The notes below the pieces were generated by a model, which saw only the letters and a list, made by a program, of their open reading frames with translations, did not search any database and was not told the origin of the DNA. Shown piece after piece: positions 59,371 to 64,000 of a DNA stretch of 64,000 nucleotides (positions within the stretch are counted from its first letter, which is position 1; every line of letters begins with the position of its first letter). Source of the stretch: Marsupella aquatica (Eukaryota > Plantae > Marchantiophyta); the NCBI GenBank assembly GCA_973895155.1, contig OZ316897.1, positions 3,254,111 through 3,318,110 of the forward strand. Direction: 5' to 3'. Made by a program: the position numbers and the translations under genes.

Positions 59371-62315
59371 AACGAAAATTTACAGCGTGTAAAGGTAGAG
59401 AGCGCAAAGTGTAGTCGAGATTTCCCCTATTGCACTTCGGCGTGTGAGTCGCGAACCTCAGAGGAGACATTACGAGGCCATAAGGAGGAGTCACCTGTGA
59501 CTCGTTGCCCATCAGTTCTGGAGTGATATTTTTTCATTCATCAAGAAATGACCAATTAAATGAACCAATGTGCACGTCAATGGTTTGCACGGTTTAACCA
59601 GGTGTCACTTGCAGCATTCTAGCATTATACGTCTTCCACTGCAATATTCAAACCAAAGTCACCAAGTATGTAGGCCCTGTGGTTTATGGTACAGTATGCA
59701 TGTGTGTCAGGGATGTTCGTGTCAGGGACAAGATCAATTAAAATAAAGGAGATGATCTCGATACGTGCCATGTAGGGGCTGTGGATGATGAATGTTACAT
59801 GCTGCGCAAGTTTTCACTGATTGTAGCTTCGGCGAGGTTTTCAAGGTTCAAGGTCAATTGATCAGGTGAAGAAACGGAATGCAATCGCATAGCCATTTGT
59901 ATCAAATGATTTTGTGAAGTAATTGGCTTGCTTGGAGACCTGCACTACTGCAGAGGAAGCAATGAATGTACGATGTGGACCTGATGTGGGTGAATTCCCC
60001 TGGAAAATTATTCCTTGCTGGTTCTCGGTTTTCAGCTTAACTAAGTTTAAGATATTGATGGTGAAATCTTGGCCGCAGGGACTGAGAGTCAGGTAACCCG
60101 ATTATCATAAAGGGTATTGGCTAATAGGACCAATAATAATTTGCACAAACGTTGTACAATGTACCCCCTCGTCACATCCGGAGAGCCTCCAACAAGCGCA
60201 GTTGGAAGTTCTATGTACTCAAAATTCAATCGCAGTACTTGTCGATGTTTTTAGTGAAGGCTTTGTTGGAAGATTTCATGATAGGTGTATTGACTGTGTG
60301 ACTGCCGGGGAGGACTCGAGAACCATAGTCTACTCCAACTCGTTCCTTTGAAACTTCTGGGGTGTTGCTGAACCTCTCATGTACAATTCCCCTAGTGTAC
60401 TGTAGAGAGGTCGATAGTAACAACCCCACAAGAAAAGATGCGGAGAAAAGCCATGTACAGACTACTGCCCAACTGTGCTCTCTACCGATTCAAGATGCAG
60501 CTCAAAGTTATTCAAAAGGAAAGCGGAAAAACATTGAACTGTTCCGGTTTTGGAACACAATTGCTAAGGCATGGAGGTAACACGAGGCTGTGCGCAGGGT
60601 GATCTACATCATTCCTTCTGAGGGTGATTTGAGCTGCCAGTTTTATGGGCAATTCGCTCACGGTGTGAGATAAGAGTTGATAATCAAGTGAATTATTTGA
60701 GTCAATCGGACGATTGATTCAGTCGATAAGGGGTCTAGTGCTTTAGATTTGAGTCCAAGCAGAGGTGCTTTCTTTCTGCCACTGCAGGTGATTGAGCACT
60801 CTGTCAAATGCGATTTCTTCAGCTACCGTTGATAAAGGTACAGGAGTAAACTGTGACTAACAATCACACTGAGTCGATGGAGTAGATGGTGAAGTGCGTG
60901 ATGGTGTCGATAATCAGGTGGGTCACGCAGCCCACAATAATACGCTATCGTGATGGGACTGACAACAAACAGAGCGACGGTATCGATCATATCTGGCGGT
61001 TGATGGGGTAGATCATAATCAGATCGGCAAGCAAGCGAATCTCTAGCGACTCATTGCGAATGTGGGCCGATTGTGCCGAAGATCATGGTAATGTTTTCAA
61101 TGTCAGTCAACAGATGACAGCAGAAACAACTCTTTCTGAGTTGGTTCACAAAGGTAGTATGATAATCTTTACAGTAAGCTCGACATTCCTAATTGAGTTC
61201 TTGTTGGTTGGGTCTCCATTGGAGACGATCCAAATATTTCTAATAAGCCGAGCTTGTGTCCCGCGCACGGTATTCTTTAGTAAAAGGCGAAAGAATAGTT
61301 CGCTCTGTGCTGAACACACGGCGGATGGCTTAACGGGCCGGAGCCTAGAGCTTTTGTATGACCGACAGGAGTGGCGGAGATGCTCTTTGCTTATGGTTTT
61401 TTTGCGGCGGGATGGAGCGCGGCGGATTGTTCCCCTAACCTCCAACATCTCGGTTTCGTCTCGTCAACCTTTGGTTGTTTTTGACAGTCGTCGTCTTACG
61501 AAGGAAACCCCAACCAGTTTAAATTTTTTGCAATGGAGTCCAAGCCACAAATAATCCCAACCATTGACATTTGATTACCTTAGTGTCATCGTAGTTTGCA
61601 TAATAAATAAATCTAACTATATAATGGTGATTGAGTTCTACTACTGACTATTCATGGTTTGTGTAGAGTGAAGCGTCTAGACTTTGACGTTGGGGCAGAG
61701 CAGAAATTTGAGGTGCACTGGAAAACGGGGATTGGGGACAGGATGAGTCTCTGACAATGGTGTAACAGGCTTGAATGTCCTGCCTCTGTTTGTGGACGGG
61801 CACTGGGGCTACTAATTATTAGAATTTGAGGCCTTATTAACAAGAATCTTGGGGTCCTTGTGAGAACTCAAAATAATAAGTCAAATCAAAAGATCAAATA
61901 ACTAGTGTAGTTTGTTCTACTCACTCTCTCGTTCTGTCGCCAACTCACTTTGTTTTGAAAGCTGTAAAGAAAATGAAAATACCACAAAAATAATGCAAAC
62001 CTGAAATTGTGGTTTTTGTGGCACCCACCGAAGGGAATAAGCCAGCATGTTGCATATGTATTGACTCTCGATAGATTGGACAAGTTTACTTTCAATACTC
62101 TAGTATAATTACAATAGGTCCCTTGACTTGGCAATGGGAGTATGGCTCGAAAGGAAGTCAGAATTGTTCAAAACTAGGGCTACAGAAGGTACACCAGAGA
62201 CCTTTATTAAAGTAGTCATGCATCTGTGCTGATCCCATAGTGAAAGGAGGTATTGGTTAACCTTGGAGTATAGATGGTGTAGTTACACTAGCTAGTGGCA
62301 AATGCTTGAGCAACG

Positions 62316-63620
62316 TCATCTAATTTGACAAACATGCCCTTTGAGTTCTACAAGATATTTGGCTGGTGTTCCTTCTGTGTGGAGTACTTCAATCTTGCGA
62401 TTCTTGATGTCCTCAAGCCGAAGTTTCTCAACTCTGATTTGTTGTTTCAGCCTCTCTCCTTCCTCAAACTTCTCTCTCAATTCACGAGCACGTTGCTCTC
62501 TATGCTCATTAATTTGAGCAAGAACTACATCTTGGTTCTTTAAAGCTTCTTTGAATTGTTCTTCTGCATCTTGTTGTTGCTTCCTCAGAGCTTCTTTTTG
62601 ACCAACAGAGACACGGTAGAAAGAAAACTGCTCTTCACGTGCTTGATCGGCAAGTAGCTTCAATTTGAAGATCTTTTGCTGTTCACGGGCCTGTCTAAGG
62701 TCATCATGCATGTGTTGGATTCTCTCAGCCTCGGCACGCTCCTTCTCCCGCCACTCTCGTTCATGCTCCTCTTGTACCCTCAATGCTCGCAGTTCATCTA
62801 CTATAGCTTGCTTGTCTTGTGCTCTCTCTTGCAATCCTCGTAGCCTGGTGCATCATGTAAATCCCTATGAACTTTAACAAACGTCCCAAGGTGATGACTT
62901 AACATCTTGTAGTGATAGAATATTTGCACCATTGTCTCTTGACATAAAAGAAAGAGATATTATTGTTATTTTGATGGCTTATCTGAGAGTTTCTGTAAAT
63001 ACAAACTGATTACGAATTTGATTGAGCCATCACAACTAAGGCATCTACCTACTATCTTTATGATTAGAGACTTTGAGAGCTCCAGTGTACATTGTTGTAT
63101 TTGAAGGGAAATATCACGACCTGCTTCAGTCTGTGGAGTAGATTGTGAATGGTAGACTGCAATCATGAGTTATAGTATCGATATGAGAACCTACTTTAGC
63201 ATGAAGCTGTGAGATGATTTAGAACATTTCCCTCGGAAAACACTAGAAAAGGTTAGAGCCTTGGATCGGGGCTGAACAGTTGGGATATAGAAAGATTGTT
63301 GACCTGGCTGTCTCCATCTCTCTATCATGCTTAATTTTGTCCACAGCATCTTGATATGCTTGGTCGCGCTTGTCCTTCTCATGCATGTAGATCAAGCGCT
63401 TGTCGTCGTCTTCTCGTTCTTTAATTTTACTCAACAACTTCTCTCGCTCTGCATCATCATTTGCTTTGATGAGAGATAGGAGAAGCTTTTTTCCTGCAAT
63501 GCGGTTTTCCTCTGCTTTTTGCTCATCTTCTTTAAGCATGCGCTCACTTTCTCGTCGAATTCTCTTCCCTTCCTGTTCTTTGACTTCTTCTTGAATTTTA
63601 CGATCAGCCTCGCGATCCTA
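62316..63620 (-). CDS. CFAP45: Cilia- and flagella-associated protein 45 (trichoplein/CCDC19 family), 3' exons only; the gene probably continues past the window end
   Basis: E/K/R/Q-rich coiled coil, DELRALRVQEEHEREWREKE, C-terminal KIEVLHTEGTPAKY. Exons approx. 63620-63304 and 62844-62316. Confidence 0.75.
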
Positions 63621-64000
63621 AGATATATTTTCATCTTGAGATGCAAACTTTGGGTTATTCAGACATGCAAGGTAACATGATGCTACATCATATGATTAAA
63701 TGAACTTGAAAAAACCATTGATCGGACCCAGTCAAAATCTATGAATGTACTCTTGTCGTGCATTTGCTCAGAAACAATGGTATGAAACATTAATGTAGTT
63801 CTTGGAGACTCTACACAACAACGCAGAAGCCTATAGAAATGTGTGTAAAAACTATGTTTGTGATCCCTGCTCAGTGGGTAGTGAAAGGTATATCCCTGCT
63901 TCATTCTGGCACCATTTTATCAATGTTGCTTGCTTTTATTGGCAAATTAGTTTGGTTGGACAGGTGCACCATGCAAGAAAACTCCTACAATATTGGTACC

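Noticed and set aside
61054-61554. 166-aa plus-strand ORF between ATP11 and CFAP45
   Set aside because: No recognisable motif or supporting exon structure.

Overview
Intron-rich, AT-leaning eukaryotic DNA from a land plant. A CFAP45 flagellar gene points to a lineage with flagellated sperm, and a bryophyte such as a liverwort is my best guess. Genes in order: a divergent NAC-domain gene (-), mitochondrial 3-hydroxyisobutyrate dehydrogenase (-), a 14-kb 18-exon gene (-, 37481..23427), CYP97C/LUT1 carotenoid epsilon-ring hydroxylase (+), ATP11 (+) and the 3' part of CFAP45 (-). The 18-exon gene is the highlight. It encodes a ~2,618-aa membrane-bound, NRPS-like lipid assembly line. Its domains are a FAD-dependent fatty-acid-isomerase-like domain, a fatty acyl-AMP ligase, a carrier protein, and three transmembrane + left-handed beta-helix modules of the poly-L-lysine synthetase type. 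A catalase-related (allene-oxide-synthase-like) haem domain is inserted between modules 2 and 3. I traced all 17 GT-AG introns by hand and their phases are consistent. This copy has two anomalies: a 1-nt frameshift in a 4-base homopolymer (24732-24735), and His in place of the usual proximal haem Tyr. Intergenic DNA (1-7 kb, 11-15 kb, 38-50 kb) holds many short tandem duplications and dispersed repeat remnants. All family assignments come from motif recognition and recalled sequences; no database search was run.
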